Shown here in pieces: positions 17,863 through 27,798 of a DNA stretch of 64,000 bases. The notes beneath the pieces are model-generated. The model did not search any database, had not been told where the DNA came from, and saw only the letters and a program-made list of their open reading frames with translations. The stretch comes from Candidatus Bathyarchaeia archaeon (GTDB taxonomy: Bacteria; Patescibacteriota; Microgenomatia; PFEM01; JAFGMK01), in contig DATKWK010000039.1 in the NCBI GenBank assembly GCA_035529595.1, positions 14,751 through 78,750 of the forward strand, read 5' to 3'. The stretch's first letter is position 1. Each line of letters starts with the position of its first letter. The translations under genes and the position numbers were made by a program.

Positions 17863-19569
17863 ATGAAAAATAGATTTCATTTTAAAATTGGTGGTTTAGC
17901 TGGCGAAGGAATCATGGTGACCGGCGCGATTTTTTCAAAGTTTGCTGTTCGTAGCGGATATAATGTTATGGACTTTGCTGAATATCCTTCTTTGATTCGT
18001 GGAGGTCATAATACTTTCTACGGTACAATTTCTAACGAAGAGGTCTTTTCAACTTATCACCAGATAGATTTATTAATTGCTTTAAACCAGGAAACGGTTA
18101 AGTTTCATAAGCAGGAGCTTAATTCAGGGGCCGGAATTATCTATGATCCTGATGAATTCAGCCAAGAAGCAATTAGGGGCATAAGGCTTTTCCCAATTCC
18201 CTTATTAAGGCTGGCAGAACAGGCAGGCCATAAGCTAATGGCCAATACGGTTGCTTTAGGCGCAATGGTTTATTTAACAGCTGGAAAACTGGAGATTTTA
18301 AATTCCGTGTTAAAAGATATTTTTGCTGATAAGAAGGAAGAAGTGATTAAAGGAAATTTTAAGGCGGCAAAATTAGGCTTCGATTTCTCTCAAGATAAGT
18401 TTACGCCTTTGGGGCAACTTCTTAAAATGCGACATTCGGGTGTTAAAATGGTAATTGCCGGTAATGAAGCAATTGCGCTTGGGGCAATTGCTGCCGGGCT
18501 AAAATTTGCGGCGATTTACCCGATGACGCCTATCAGCAGTATTTTGACTTATCTGGCTGCTCATGAGCGGGAAGCGGGGATTGTTCTTCGTCAGCCGGAA
18601 GATGAAATCGCCGGAATTAACATGGCGGTCGGGGCGTCTTTCGCCGGTGTCCGTTCTTTGGTCGCTACTTCCGGAGGGGGTTTTGCCTTAATGAGTGAAA
18701 CGCTTTCGTTGGCTGGAATCACCGAAACGCCGGTAGTGGTGGTTTTTGGGCAAAGAGCTGGTCCGGCGACCGGAATTCCGACTTGGACGGCCCAAGAAGA
18801 CCTTTTATATGCTCTGACCGCTGCCCAGGGTGAATATCCACGAATTATTTTAGCTCCCGCTGATGCGGAAGAATGTTTTCATCAAACTGCGGAGGCGTTT
18901 AATTTAGCCGAGGTTTACCAGACACCGGTAATTGTTTTGGTTGATAAATTTGTTTGTGAAGCTCATCAAAGCCTTAAGGAGTTTGATTTAGGGAAAGTCA
19001 GGATTGACAGAGGGAAAATAGGGAAATCAAGAACTGTCTTTCCCCGGTATCAGTTGGCGATTGATGGAATTTCACCAAGAGCTTTTCCAGCCAAAGGAGT
19101 CGTAGTTAAAGCCAATTCTGATGAACACGATGAATACGGTTTATCGGATGAATCGGTCAAAAACCGTAAAGCTCAAGTTGAGAAAAGAATGAAAAAGGTA
19201 GCTACTCTGGTAAGGAAAGTACCTGCCCTTAATCTTTATGGTCCGAGAAAAGCAAATTTAACCATTGTTGGTTGTGGCTCGACTAAAGGGCCGATACTTG
19301 AAGCAATCTCTGGACTAAGTGTTCAGAATCCGAAGCTGAAAGTCAATTTTCTGCATTTAAATTGGTTGAGACCATTTCCGGCAGATGTTGTTTCAGAAAC
19401 CTTAAAGCGAGCTGAAAAAATTTTGTTGATTGAAAATAATTATCAAGGGCAACTGGGACAATGGCTTAGAATGCAAACTGGCATTGAAATAAAAGATAGG
19501 TTGCTCAAATATGACGGGCGGCAGTTTTATCCGGAGGAAATAACTACTAAGATTAAACAAATAATTTAA
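17863..19569 (+). CDS. korA: 2-oxoacid:ferredoxin oxidoreductase, fused gamma/alpha subunit
   Basis: N-terminal gamma-like domain followed by the alpha/transketolase-like domain, paired with a TPP-binding beta subunit downstream. Confidence 0.8.
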   Translation: MKNRFHFKIGGLAGEGIMVTGAIFSKFAVRSGYNVMDFAEYPSLIRGGHNTFYGTISNEEVFSTYHQIDLLIALNQETVKFHKQELNSGAGIIYDPDEFSQEAIRGIRLFPIPLLRLAEQAGHKLMANTVALGAMVYLTAGKLEILNSVLKDIFADKKEEVIKGNFKAAKLGFDFSQDKFTPLGQLLKMRHSGVKMVIAGNEAIALGAIAAGLKFAAIYPMTPISSILTYLAAHEREAGIVLRQPEDEIAGINMAVGASFAGVRSLVATSGGGFALMSETLSLAGITETPVVVVFGQRAGPATGIPTWTAQEDLLYALTAAQGEYPRIILAPADAEECFHQTAEAFNLAEVYQTPVIVLVDKFVCEAHQSLKEFDLGKVRIDRGKIGKSRTVFPRYQLAIDGISPRAFPAKGVVVKANSDEHDEYGLSDESVKNRKAQVEKRMKKVATLVRKVPALNLYGPRKANLTIVGCGSTKGPILEAISGLSVQNPKLKVNFLHLNWLRPFPADVVSETLKRAEKILLIENNYQGQLGQWLRMQTGIEIKDRLLKYDGRQFYPEEITTKIKQII

Positions 19570-19656
19570 TTTTAGTGTAATTTTCAATCAAATCTAAATT
19601 TTTATATTTTCAAACATTGATTATTGGTTAAAAGATTAAACTGGGAGAATCAGACT

Positions 19657-20502
19657 ATGACGGTCAAAGATTATGAGACTGGAGTAACACCCAACTGGTG
19701 TCCCGGCTGCGGAAACTTTGGCCTTTGGCAAGCTTTGAAACAAGCTGTAGCCGAACTTGGGCTCGATCCGGGAGAGATAGTAATAGTGGCTGGAATCGGC
19801 TGTCATGGCCACATTAATAATTTTACCCAAGTTTCTTCTTTTGAAGGCCTTCATGGACGACCAATTCCTCTTGCTACGGGGATCAAATCAGCCAATCATG
19901 ATCTGAAAGTGATTGTATCTACCGGTGACGGTGACTGTCTCGGTGAAGGGGGCAATCATTTTATTCATGCGTCACGCCGGAATCATGATATAACCGTTCT
20001 CATCCATAATAATGCTTCTTATTCTCTAACTACCGGCCAGTCGTCGCCGACTTCACCGGCCGGTTATAAGTCGAAATCGACGCCCTACGGTAAGACTGAA
20101 GAAGCTTTAAATCCATTGGCTTTAGCCCTTAGTGCCGGGGCGACTTTTGTCTCCCGCGGTTTTGTCGGTGATGTACCCCACTTGACTGACTTAATGAAGG
20201 CGGCGATTCAGCACCCTGGCTTTGCGGTGGTCGACATTCTTCAGCCATGCGTGGTTTTTAATAAAGAATTTACTTTTGAATACTACCGCCAGCGGGTTTA
20301 CAAACTTGAAAGAACTTCAACTGAACGATCATTAGCTTTAAAGGAAGTTTTGGCTCGGAATGATAAAATAGGGTTAGGGATCTTTTATCAGTCCAAAGAA
20401 CCGTCTTATGAAGAAAAAGTGCAACTGACTAAACAGAAAGCCCTGGTTAATCAGCCCCTTAAAAACTATAATTGGCGAAAGTTATCTAACGAATTTTATT
20501 AA
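19657..20502 (+). CDS. korB: 2-oxoacid:ferredoxin oxidoreductase, beta (TPP-binding) subunit
   Basis: 'NWCPGCGNFG', 'GIGCHGH' and TPP motif 'GDGD'. The track start is TTG 19624; ATG 19657 follows the RBS 'gggaga'. Confidence 0.85.
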   Translation: MTVKDYETGVTPNWCPGCGNFGLWQALKQAVAELGLDPGEIVIVAGIGCHGHINNFTQVSSFEGLHGRPIPLATGIKSANHDLKVIVSTGDGDCLGEGGNHFIHASRRNHDITVLIHNNASYSLTTGQSSPTSPAGYKSKSTPYGKTEEALNPLALALSAGATFVSRGFVGDVPHLTDLMKAAIQHPGFAVVDILQPCVVFNKEFTFEYYRQRVYKLERTSTERSLALKEVLARNDKIGLGIFYQSKEPSYEEKVQLTKQKALVNQPLKNYNWRKLSNEFY

Positions 20503-20525
20503 CCGATAAAATTATTGCCTGCCCT

Positions 20526-21038
20526 TTGGAGGAGGTGGAAATGAAAAACAAAAATATATTATTCGGGTTGGTACTGGTTTTAATTGGAGTGATTGTTTTT
20601 TATTACTATTATATTCGACAATATCGGGAGCAAGCTCCTCAGCCTTTGGCTGAAAATTTGCCTGTAACTCAGGAAGAAGAATCTGTCCTTGAGCGTCAGG
20701 TGGGAGTGGAAATTCCTGAGGCTATTGATAAAGTAAAACTTTCGGATGTTCAAGGAGAAGAGTCAACCGGTATCGCAACCCGGAAGTTTGAAGACGGTAT
20801 TTTTGAACATACAATTATTGCCAGTTTACCGGAACCGAAGCCGGGTGAATTTTATCAAGGCTGGTTAGCTAAGGATCAAGATTTGATTTCTACTGGCAAA
20901 ATGGAAGAGAAGAAAGGGGGCTGGGTTTTAGATTATACCGGCAACGAAGACCAGAGTGATCATAATCAGGTGATGGTGACCTTGGAATCAAAGGCAGATG
21001 ATCAGCCCGAGAAAAAGGTATTAGAGGGAAGCTTTTAA
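20526..21038 (+). CDS. membrane-anchored hypothetical protein
   Basis: RBS 'ggaggaggtgg'; one TM segment, then an acidic soluble domain. Confidence 0.4.
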   Translation: MEEVEMKNKNILFGLVLVLIGVIVFYYYYIRQYREQAPQPLAENLPVTQEEESVLERQVGVEIPEAIDKVKLSDVQGEESTGIATRKFEDGIFEHTIIASLPEPKPGEFYQGWLAKDQDLISTGKMEEKKGGWVLDYTGNEDQSDHNQVMVTLESKADDQPEKKVLEGSF

Positions 21039-21086
21039 AATACGGTCGTAAATGCCAAGTCTCGAACCGGGAAGGGGGTGAGGTAG

Positions 21087-21269
21087 GTGGGGCTAAAAAA
21101 GAAAGATTGGCGACAAATTTCCAGATTTTTGATGATCGGCTCGGCTTGTGGTGTCTTTGCCGCTGCTTGGGGATTTATTTTTTATGATCTATTACTTGCT
21201 TCTACGCAGTGGCTTTTAGTAGCGGCTGTTCTGGCAATCTTTGGCCTATATACTCGGTTAGAAGAATAA
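21087..21269 (+). CDS. small membrane protein (2 TM)
   Basis: Hydrophobicity only. Confidence 0.25.
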   Translation: MGLKKKDWRQISRFLMIGSACGVFAAAWGFIFYDLLLASTQWLLVAAVLAIFGLYTRLEE

Positions 21270-21341
21270 AACTGTTTATAAACATCAAGCGATGGTTTGG
21301 GATTGAAGGTAGCGACGGAAGAAATTTATGATTAGTCTACT

Positions 21342-21992
21342 ATGATTTTTGTTAACTTCAAGACTTATGAAGAGGGCACCGGTGAAGAGGCCCTCTGCTT
21401 AGCCAGGATTTGCCAGGAAACTAAAAGCCAAATGGGGGTCGATATCGTGCCCGTGGTTCAGGCGGTTGACATTCTCCGAATTACACAGTCAGTTTCCCTT
21501 TCTGTTTGGGTTCAGCATATTGATGATATTAAGTTTGGGCCCAATACCGGCCGAATATTACCGGAGGTGGTTAAGGACGCCGGAGCTTCCGGAACAATTT
21601 TAAACCATTCGGAAAATAAAATTACTCCGGCGGCGATTAAGACAACTATTAATCGAGTCCAGAGTTTAGGTATGAAAGTGATGGTTTGCTGTAAGGCGCT
21701 TGACGAGGGGGAAATAATCGCTAAATTTAATCCTGATTTTCTTGCTTATGAACCGCCGCAGTTGATTGGCAGTCGGGGAATTACGGTGGCCACCGCTAAA
21801 CCGAAAGTGATCAGCGATTTTGTTGTCAATTTTCCCCGATTGCCTATTATCGTTGGTGCCGGTATTCATTCTTTTCAGGATGTTGAAATTAGTTTAAAAT
21901 TAGGAGCTAGAGGAATTTTGGTAGCGACAGATGTGGTTCTGGCTAAAGATCCGAAGAAACAATTGAAAGAATTAGCAAGAGGATTTAAATAA
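21342..21992 (+). CDS. tpiA: triosephosphate isomerase, archaeal type (~216 aa)
   Basis: 'NFKTY', 'NHSE' and 'AYEPPQLIGSRG' (archaeal 'EPPELIGTG'), with the short length characteristic of archaeal TIM rather than the bacterial 'AYEPVWAIGTG' form. Confidence 0.8.
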   Translation: MIFVNFKTYEEGTGEEALCLARICQETKSQMGVDIVPVVQAVDILRITQSVSLSVWVQHIDDIKFGPNTGRILPEVVKDAGASGTILNHSENKITPAAIKTTINRVQSLGMKVMVCCKALDEGEIIAKFNPDFLAYEPPQLIGSRGITVATAKPKVISDFVVNFPRLPIIVGAGIHSFQDVEISLKLGARGILVATDVVLAKDPKKQLKELARGFK

Positions 21993-22000
21993 TAAAATTT

Positions 22001-22573
22001 ATGGCTTATAAAATCTGTATTTCCGGTGCCGCCGCCGGCCCGTCAGTTAAGACTGGTGCTCCGTTGGCGGCAAAAATCGGTGAAGAGATTGCTAAACGGG
22101 GCCATATTTTGGTGACGGGCGCTACTGTTGGTGTTTCTTTTGAAGCAGCCAAAGCTGCCAAGAAAACAGGGGGCGTGGTTGTCGGCTTTTCCCCGGCCAG
22201 TTCCGAGGAAGAGCACGTTGGTAAATTCCAGCTTCCGGAAAGTAAGTATTTTGATTACGTAGTTTATACTAAATCAGGCTATACGGGCAGAAATCTTTTA
22301 ATGGTTCGTAGTTGTGATGCGACCATTATTATTGCCGGCAGGGTCGGAACTCTGAATGAATTCACTTGCGCTTTTGAGGAAAACGAAATTGTCGGTGTCT
22401 TGGAAGGTTCGGGTGGAATTGCGGATGAGATCAGGAAGATCATTAAAATTGCCGGTAAAGGGAAGAGAAAAACCTTTTTTGAACGAGATCCGGTTATAAT
22501 GGTTGATGAAATTTTTAGAAGAATTAAATCGGAAAAAAAGGAAAAGAAAAAGTTCCATTTGGAATATAGATAG
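22001..22573 (+). CDS. LOG/TIGR00725-like Rossmann-fold nucleotide-binding protein
   Basis: 'ISGAAAG...LVTGATVG...IIIAGRVGTLNEF' layout typical of the lysine-decarboxylase-like (LOG) family. Confidence 0.55.
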   Translation: MAYKICISGAAAGPSVKTGAPLAAKIGEEIAKRGHILVTGATVGVSFEAAKAAKKTGGVVVGFSPASSEEEHVGKFQLPESKYFDYVVYTKSGYTGRNLLMVRSCDATIIIAGRVGTLNEFTCAFEENEIVGVLEGSGGIADEIRKIIKIAGKGKRKTFFERDPVIMVDEIFRRIKSEKKEKKKFHLEYR

Positions 22574-22591
22574 TTAATTAATTTACTGTTA

Positions 22592-23044
22592 TTGATAATG
22601 ATTTATCTTGGAGCCGACCACCAGGGATTTGCTTTAAAAGAAAAAATCAAGAAATGGCTTGATGATTGGGATTTTAAATATCAGGACTTGGGTGCCAGTA
22701 AATTTGATCCAAAAGACGATTTTCCCGATTATGGTTTTATGGTTGCTAAAGAGGTGATTAAGAGAAAGGATTCCTGGGGAATTTTAATTTGCGGAAGCGG
22801 GGCAGGGATGGATATTGTAGCCAATAAAGTCAAGGGAATTCGCTCACTTCTGGCTATTTCTGCTAAACAAGTTTACCAGGCTAAAAAAGACAATCATACA
22901 AACATACTTTGCTTAGCGGCAAATTTTGTTTCATTGAAGGAAACCAAAAAAATTATCCGTTTTTTTCTTGAAACTGAATTTGCCCAGGAAAATAAGTATT
23001 TGAGACGGGTGGAGAAAATCAGCCAGGTAGAAAAAATAAATTAA
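22592..23044 (+). CDS. rpiB: ribose-5-phosphate isomerase B
   Basis: 'YLGADHQGFALK' and 'GILICGSGAGMDIVANK'. Confidence 0.85.
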   Translation: MIMIYLGADHQGFALKEKIKKWLDDWDFKYQDLGASKFDPKDDFPDYGFMVAKEVIKRKDSWGILICGSGAGMDIVANKVKGIRSLLAISAKQVYQAKKDNHTNILCLAANFVSLKETKKIIRFFLETEFAQENKYLRRVEKISQVEKIN

Positions 23045-23046
23045 AT

Positions 23047-24114
23047 ATGATGCGGTTCTGTGTTTCCAAGCTGAACGTCACCAACAAGAAGGTTATGCTT
23101 CGTTGTGATTTCGACGTTCCCCTGATTCAAAAAGGAAACAGAGTCTTAGTTGGTGATGATACCAGGCTTCAATTGTCACTTAAGACTATTCGCTACTTGT
23201 TGCGGAAGAAGGCAAAAGTTGTCATTATCGCCCATTTAGGCCGGCCTGAGGGGGAAAAGGTTAAGAATTTAAGCATGCAGCCGGTTTTTGAGGTTTTCTC
23301 CAGGGCGATCGGGAATCGGGCTCAGGTAGATTTTTTACCCAATATTCTAGGAAGGAAAGTTGAAAATAAAGTTACTTCTCTTCAATCAGGGGAAATAATA
23401 GTCCTTGAGAATCTGCGATTCGATCCCGGAGAGGAAGAAAACAACGTTGGGTTTGCGAAAAAACTGGCTTTACTGGCTGACGTTTTTGTTAATGAAGCCT
23501 TCGCCGCCTCCCACCGTAAGCATGCATCAATTGTGGGAATACCGCGTTTTTTGCCTTCGGCCTTCGGCTTTAACTTTATTAAGGAAGTGGAAGTGCTTAA
23601 AAAAGTATATCAGCACCCCCGACGGCCGGTAGTCTTAATTTTAGGCGGTAAAAAGCAAAATAAACTTAAATCAGGCCAGGCTCTTTTAAGCTGGGTGGAT
23701 ACTCTTTTGGTTGGTGGAGAATTAGTTGAAACTAATGGGATTACAGAACTGGTCGGGCATCAAAAAGTAAGAGCTGACCTGACCAAAAAAGGGGAAGATA
23801 TTACTTTGGGCTCCGCCAGAGAATTCGCCATGATTATTAAGAAGGCCGGGACTATAGTTTGGAGTGGCCCGATGGGAGCTTACGAAGACTATCGCTATCT
23901 AAAAGGGACTGAAGAAGTAGCCAAAGCAATAATTGCCTCCAAAGCATTTTCGGTAGTAGGCGGAGGAGATACCGAGGCTGCATTAACCAAATTAGGTTTA
24001 GTCGGGAAAATTAGTCATATTTGTTCGGGTGGCGGGGCAATGCTTGATTTTCTCGCCCAGCACGGCACTTTACCAGGGATAGCGGCGATAGTTAAAAAGT
24101 CGGATGTCCAATAG
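23047..24114 (+). CDS. pgk: phosphoglycerate kinase
   Basis: 'RCDFDVPL', 'HLGRPEG', 'ENLRFDPGEE' and C-terminal 'GGGD'. Confidence 0.9.
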   Translation: MMRFCVSKLNVTNKKVMLRCDFDVPLIQKGNRVLVGDDTRLQLSLKTIRYLLRKKAKVVIIAHLGRPEGEKVKNLSMQPVFEVFSRAIGNRAQVDFLPNILGRKVENKVTSLQSGEIIVLENLRFDPGEEENNVGFAKKLALLADVFVNEAFAASHRKHASIVGIPRFLPSAFGFNFIKEVEVLKKVYQHPRRPVVLILGGKKQNKLKSGQALLSWVDTLLVGGELVETNGITELVGHQKVRADLTKKGEDITLGSAREFAMIIKKAGTIVWSGPMGAYEDYRYLKGTEEVAKAIIASKAFSVVGGGDTEAALTKLGLVGKISHICSGGGAMLDFLAQHGTLPGIAAIVKKSDVQ

Positions 24115-24220
24115 GATATTCAATTGGTTATTCATCGTTATTAACAGGAAATAATTTTCCCTTTAAATATACGCAGCGGGAATAGACTGCGAATAGATGG
24201 TTTACTAAAATGGAGGTTTT

Positions 24221-25234
24221 ATGGTGCGAATTGCAGTTAACGGTTTTGGCCGAATCGGCCGAATTGTTACCCGTGCGGCTCTAATCCATTATCCGGGTGA
24301 ATTAAAGATAGTAGCAATAAACACATCCGGATCAATGGAAACAGCCGGTTGGGGTCATCTTTTGAAATATGACTCTGTCTACGGCCGGTTTGAGAAGGAA
24401 GTTAACTGGGATAAAGATGATTTGATCATTGAAGAGGAGCGTTATCCGGTTTTAGCGGAGCGGGATCCAGCCAAAATCCCTTGGGGCCGTTTTGGCGTTG
24501 ATGTCGTTATCGAATCAACCGGAGTTTTCCGTGACTTGGAAAGCGCCGGCAAGCATTTAGATTCAGGAGCTAAGAGAGTGATTATTTCTGCTCCTCCCAA
24601 GGATGGTAAAATTCCGATTTTCATTAAAGGCGTTAATCTGAATAAATATCAGGAAGAGAAAGTTATTAGTTGTGGTTCGTGTACAACCAACTGTGTGGCG
24701 CCGATCTGTAAAGTAGTGCTTAAAAATTTTGAGATTGAAGACGGACGGATGACGACTATTCATGCGGTGACTGCTGATCAGCAGTTAGTCGATGGTTCTC
24801 ACAAGGATTTGCGTCGGGCACGAGCAGCGATGGTTAATATTATTCCGACAACTAGCGGTGCCGCCGAGGCGGTAGTTGAAGTCCTGCCAAAACTTCGCCA
24901 GAAATTTACGGCGACCGCTATCCGCGTTCCGGTTATTTGCGGCTCTTACTCAGACTTGACTTTTAAGTTAAAAAAAAGGACAACCGCCAAGGAAATTAAC
25001 AAGGTTCTGAAGAAAGCGTCCGAAAAAGAGATGTCGGGGATTATCTCCTTCAGCCAAGAGCCTTTGGTTTCCTCCGATGTCTTAAAAGATACCCATTCTG
25101 CTATAGTCGATGGAGCTATGACTCAGGTTGTCAGCCAGGATTTAGTTCAAATTGGTGCTTGGTACGATAATGAGTGGGCTTATTCTTGCCGGCTAATTGA
25201 AGAAGCTATTTATATCGGTCGTCATGCTGCCTGA
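24221..25234 (+). CDS. gap: glyceraldehyde-3-phosphate dehydrogenase
   Basis: 'IAVNGFGRIGR' and active site 'SCTTNC'. Confidence 0.9.
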   Translation: MVRIAVNGFGRIGRIVTRAALIHYPGELKIVAINTSGSMETAGWGHLLKYDSVYGRFEKEVNWDKDDLIIEEERYPVLAERDPAKIPWGRFGVDVVIESTGVFRDLESAGKHLDSGAKRVIISAPPKDGKIPIFIKGVNLNKYQEEKVISCGSCTTNCVAPICKVVLKNFEIEDGRMTTIHAVTADQQLVDGSHKDLRRARAAMVNIIPTTSGAAEAVVEVLPKLRQKFTATAIRVPVICGSYSDLTFKLKKRTTAKEINKVLKKASEKEMSGIISFSQEPLVSSDVLKDTHSAIVDGAMTQVVSQDLVQIGAWYDNEWAYSCRLIEEAIYIGRHAA

Positions 25235-25883
25235 GATTATACCCACTATTCTGACTAAATCAGTTGAGGAGACGAAAAGCAGATTAGATGCGGTTATAGG
25301 AACCGTAAGTCGGGTACAAATAGATGTCGTGGATGGAATATTTGCACCCAATAAAACTGTTTCCTTAGAGGCAATTTCTCAGATTGAGACAAGTTTAGAT
25401 TATGATGTCCATCTGATGGTAGAGAATCCGCTTAATTGGATAGACAAAAGTTTGCTGTTAACGGCCAGTCGTCTTAGTGCTCAAATTGAAGCGATGCCAA
25501 GTCAGGAAGATTTTGTCGTTCACGTTATTGAATCAGGGATGAAAGTCGGTTTAGCCTTAAATTTAAAAACGGGGATAGAAAGTTTAGATTTTCAAATTCT
25601 TTCGGCATTGGATTCTATATTACTTCTAGCGGTGGAAGCCGGCTTCAGTGGGCAGCCTTTTAACGATCAGGTGTTAGGCAAGATTAAAAAGCTTAAGGAG
25701 ATCAGAGAAAAGGGTAATTTTAGCTTTAAAATCGGTGTTGATGGCGGATTGGACAAAACGAATATCGTAAGTGTAGTCGAGGCAGGGACTGACGAATTGG
25801 CAATCGGAAGTGCTATTTATAACCAGAAGAACCCGGCTGAAGCGATCGAAGATCTGAAAAAACTTATAAAAAATAGTAAATAA
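25224..25883 (+). CDS. rpe: ribulose-phosphate 3-epimerase
   Basis: 'VDVVDG...P' and 'HLMVENP' ... 'VDGG'. The ATG at 25224 overlaps the gap stop; the track's longer ORF starts at 25197. Confidence 0.8.
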   Translation: MLPEIIPTILTKSVEETKSRLDAVIGTVSRVQIDVVDGIFAPNKTVSLEAISQIETSLDYDVHLMVENPLNWIDKSLLLTASRLSAQIEAMPSQEDFVVHVIESGMKVGLALNLKTGIESLDFQILSALDSILLLAVEAGFSGQPFNDQVLGKIKKLKEIREKGNFSFKIGVDGGLDKTNIVSVVEAGTDELAIGSAIYNQKNPAEAIEDLKKLIKNSK

Positions 25884-26797
25884 TGATGCCTAAAAACTCG
25901 ATTTTTTATCTTAAAGAGAAAGCTTCTCAAATAAGAACTGATATTATTAATATGACAGCAGCGGTGGGGAAATGCCATTTGGCAGGACCATTATCTTCGG
26001 TCGATCTTATTACGGCTTTGTATTTTAGTAAGATTCTGAAATATGATGCTAAAAATCCTCTATGGGATAAGCGGGACCGCTTTATCCTTTCTTGCGGTCA
26101 TTATGCGCCTGTTTGGTATTCGGTTTTGGCGCGGGTCGGTTATTTTAACCCGAAAGAGCTCATAAATTTGCGCCAGATTGAATCTTTTTTACAGGGTCAT
26201 CCTTCTTGCCTACATAGTAATTTTGTCGAAGTTTCAACCGGGTCTCTTGGCCAAGGGTTATCGGTCGGAGTTGGTATGGCGCTTGGGTTGAAACTTAGAA
26301 ACACTTCGGCTGGTGTCAAACTGGATCTGCCAGCTGACAGTGAAAGCCATGATTCCTCCGAAGTAAATAGGAATAATATCTGGGTTTTGACTTCGGACGC
26401 GGAATATCAGGAAGGTCAGACCTGGGAGGCGATAATGAGCGGATCCAAATTTAGATTAGGAAATTTGAAAGTAATTGTTGATACCAATGGGATTCAGATT
26501 GACGGTCTGATAAAAGACTTAATGCCGCTTGGTAACTTAGTGACTAAGCTTGAAAACTTCGGTTGGACAGTGTTCTCAATTGACGGTCACGATATGAGCC
26601 AGATTATAGGAAGTTACCAAACAGCGCTTGAAATAAGGAATAAACCAGTAGCGATTGTAGCCAAAACCATAGCCGGAAAAGGAGTATCTTTTATAGAAGG
26701 CAAGTGGCAGTGGCACGATGGAGAGCTAACCAAAGAACAGCTCAAAACGGCAATAAGAGAGTTGGGTGAGATTGATAGCGAGAACTTTCATGATTAG
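25883..26797 (+). CDS. transketolase, N-terminal (TPP-binding) subunit
   Basis: 'GHYAPVWYSVLA' and 'GSLGQGLSVGVGMALG'. This is a split tkt. Confidence 0.85.
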   Translation: MMPKNSIFYLKEKASQIRTDIINMTAAVGKCHLAGPLSSVDLITALYFSKILKYDAKNPLWDKRDRFILSCGHYAPVWYSVLARVGYFNPKELINLRQIESFLQGHPSCLHSNFVEVSTGSLGQGLSVGVGMALGLKLRNTSAGVKLDLPADSESHDSSEVNRNNIWVLTSDAEYQEGQTWEAIMSGSKFRLGNLKVIVDTNGIQIDGLIKDLMPLGNLVTKLENFGWTVFSIDGHDMSQIIGSYQTALEIRNKPVAIVAKTIAGKGVSFIEGKWQWHDGELTKEQLKTAIRELGEIDSENFHD

Positions 26798-27782
26798 TAA
26801 AACTAAAAAAGCAAAATTCAAAACACAGGCTCTTAACCTAAAATCTAAGATAGATAAAAAAGAATCAAATCGTGAAGGATTTAAACGGGGATTATTGAAA
26901 GCAGCCGAGATTGATCATCGTATTGTGGCGCTTTCGGCTGGCTTAAAAAGCTCGTTGCGACTTTCGGAATTTGAAAAAAAATATCCTGATCGTTTTTTTG
27001 AACTTGGAGTCGCCGAGCAAAATATGATCGGTATCGCCGCCGGTTTGGCTTTAACTGGTCTGGTTCCTTTTGCCTGTTCTTTTGCCTGTTTTTCGCCGAC
27101 GCTTACCTTCGGTCAGATCAGGCAATCGGTTTGTGAATCGGCAGCTAATGTTAAAATTGTTGGCTCGCATGGTGGGGTTATGACCGGTGCCGATGGAATT
27201 TCTCATCAGGCACTTGAGGACATTGCGCTGATGCGGACTTTGCCGGAAATGACGGTAATTGTTCCGGCTGATTCGCTTGAAGCAGAAGCAGCGACTCTGG
27301 CGGCTGCTAAAATTAATAGTCCGGTTTATCTCCGTTTGACGCGTCCGGAAACGCCGATTTTGACTCAAGGTCAGTTTGAAATCGGCAAAGCGCAGATTTT
27401 ACGGCAAGGAACTGATTTAACTATTATCGGTTGCGGCCCGATTTTATTTGAGGCTTTAAAGGCCGCCGAAATTTTAGGGAAAAAAGGTATTAGTGTCGAA
27501 GTGATTAATTGTTCGACGATTAAGCCAATTGATCAGGCAACGGTAATTACCTCGGCACGAAAAACCGGTCGGGTTTTGACAATTGAAGACCATAGCATTT
27601 TTGGCGGTTTAGGTTCAGCGGTCGCCGAAGTATTAGGCCAAAATCAGCCAACTAAAATGAAAATCATGGGGATGGAGAGCTTTGCGCAGTCTGCTAGGAA
27701 TTTTAACCAGCTAATTGAAAAATATAGGCTGGATAGTTATAATATCTTAAAAGAATGTTTAATTTTTTTTAGGAAAAATTAA
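26790..27782 (+). CDS. transketolase, C-terminal subunit, with a non-canonical C-terminal ~35 aa
   Basis: Pyrimidine-binding and C-terminal domains of Tkt. The tail 'FAQSARNFNQLIEKYRLDSYNILKECLIFFRKN' diverges from the canonical tail preserved as a remnant at 29171-29305. Confidence 0.85.
   Translation: MISKTKKAKFKTQALNLKSKIDKKESNREGFKRGLLKAAEIDHRIVALSAGLKSSLRLSEFEKKYPDRFFELGVAEQNMIGIAAGLALTGLVPFACSFACFSPTLTFGQIRQSVCESAANVKIVGSHGGVMTGADGISHQALEDIALMRTLPEMTVIVPADSLEAEAATLAAAKINSPVYLRLTRPETPILTQGQFEIGKAQILRQGTDLTIIGCGPILFEALKAAEILGKKGISVEVINCSTIKPIDQATVITSARKTGRVLTIEDHSIFGGLGSAVAEVLGQNQPTKMKIMGMESFAQSARNFNQLIEKYRLDSYNILKECLIFFRKN
27666..27782 (+). repeat. left copy of the duplicated tktC 3'-end segment (direct repeat partner at 29190-29305)
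   Basis: Shared 14-mer 'gcgcagtctgctag' and shared end 'atctt(tt)aaaagaatg'. The encoded peptides are homologous (GMESFAQSAR... versus GMKGFAQSAR...). Confidence 0.6.
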
Positions 27783-27798
27783 GAAGGAGGTGAAAATT

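Noticed and set aside
22001-22573. Calling the 190-aa Rossmann protein a DprA/Smf DNA-processing protein
   Set aside because: It is too short and lacks the DprA C-terminal features. Its layout better fits the LOG/TIGR00725 family.
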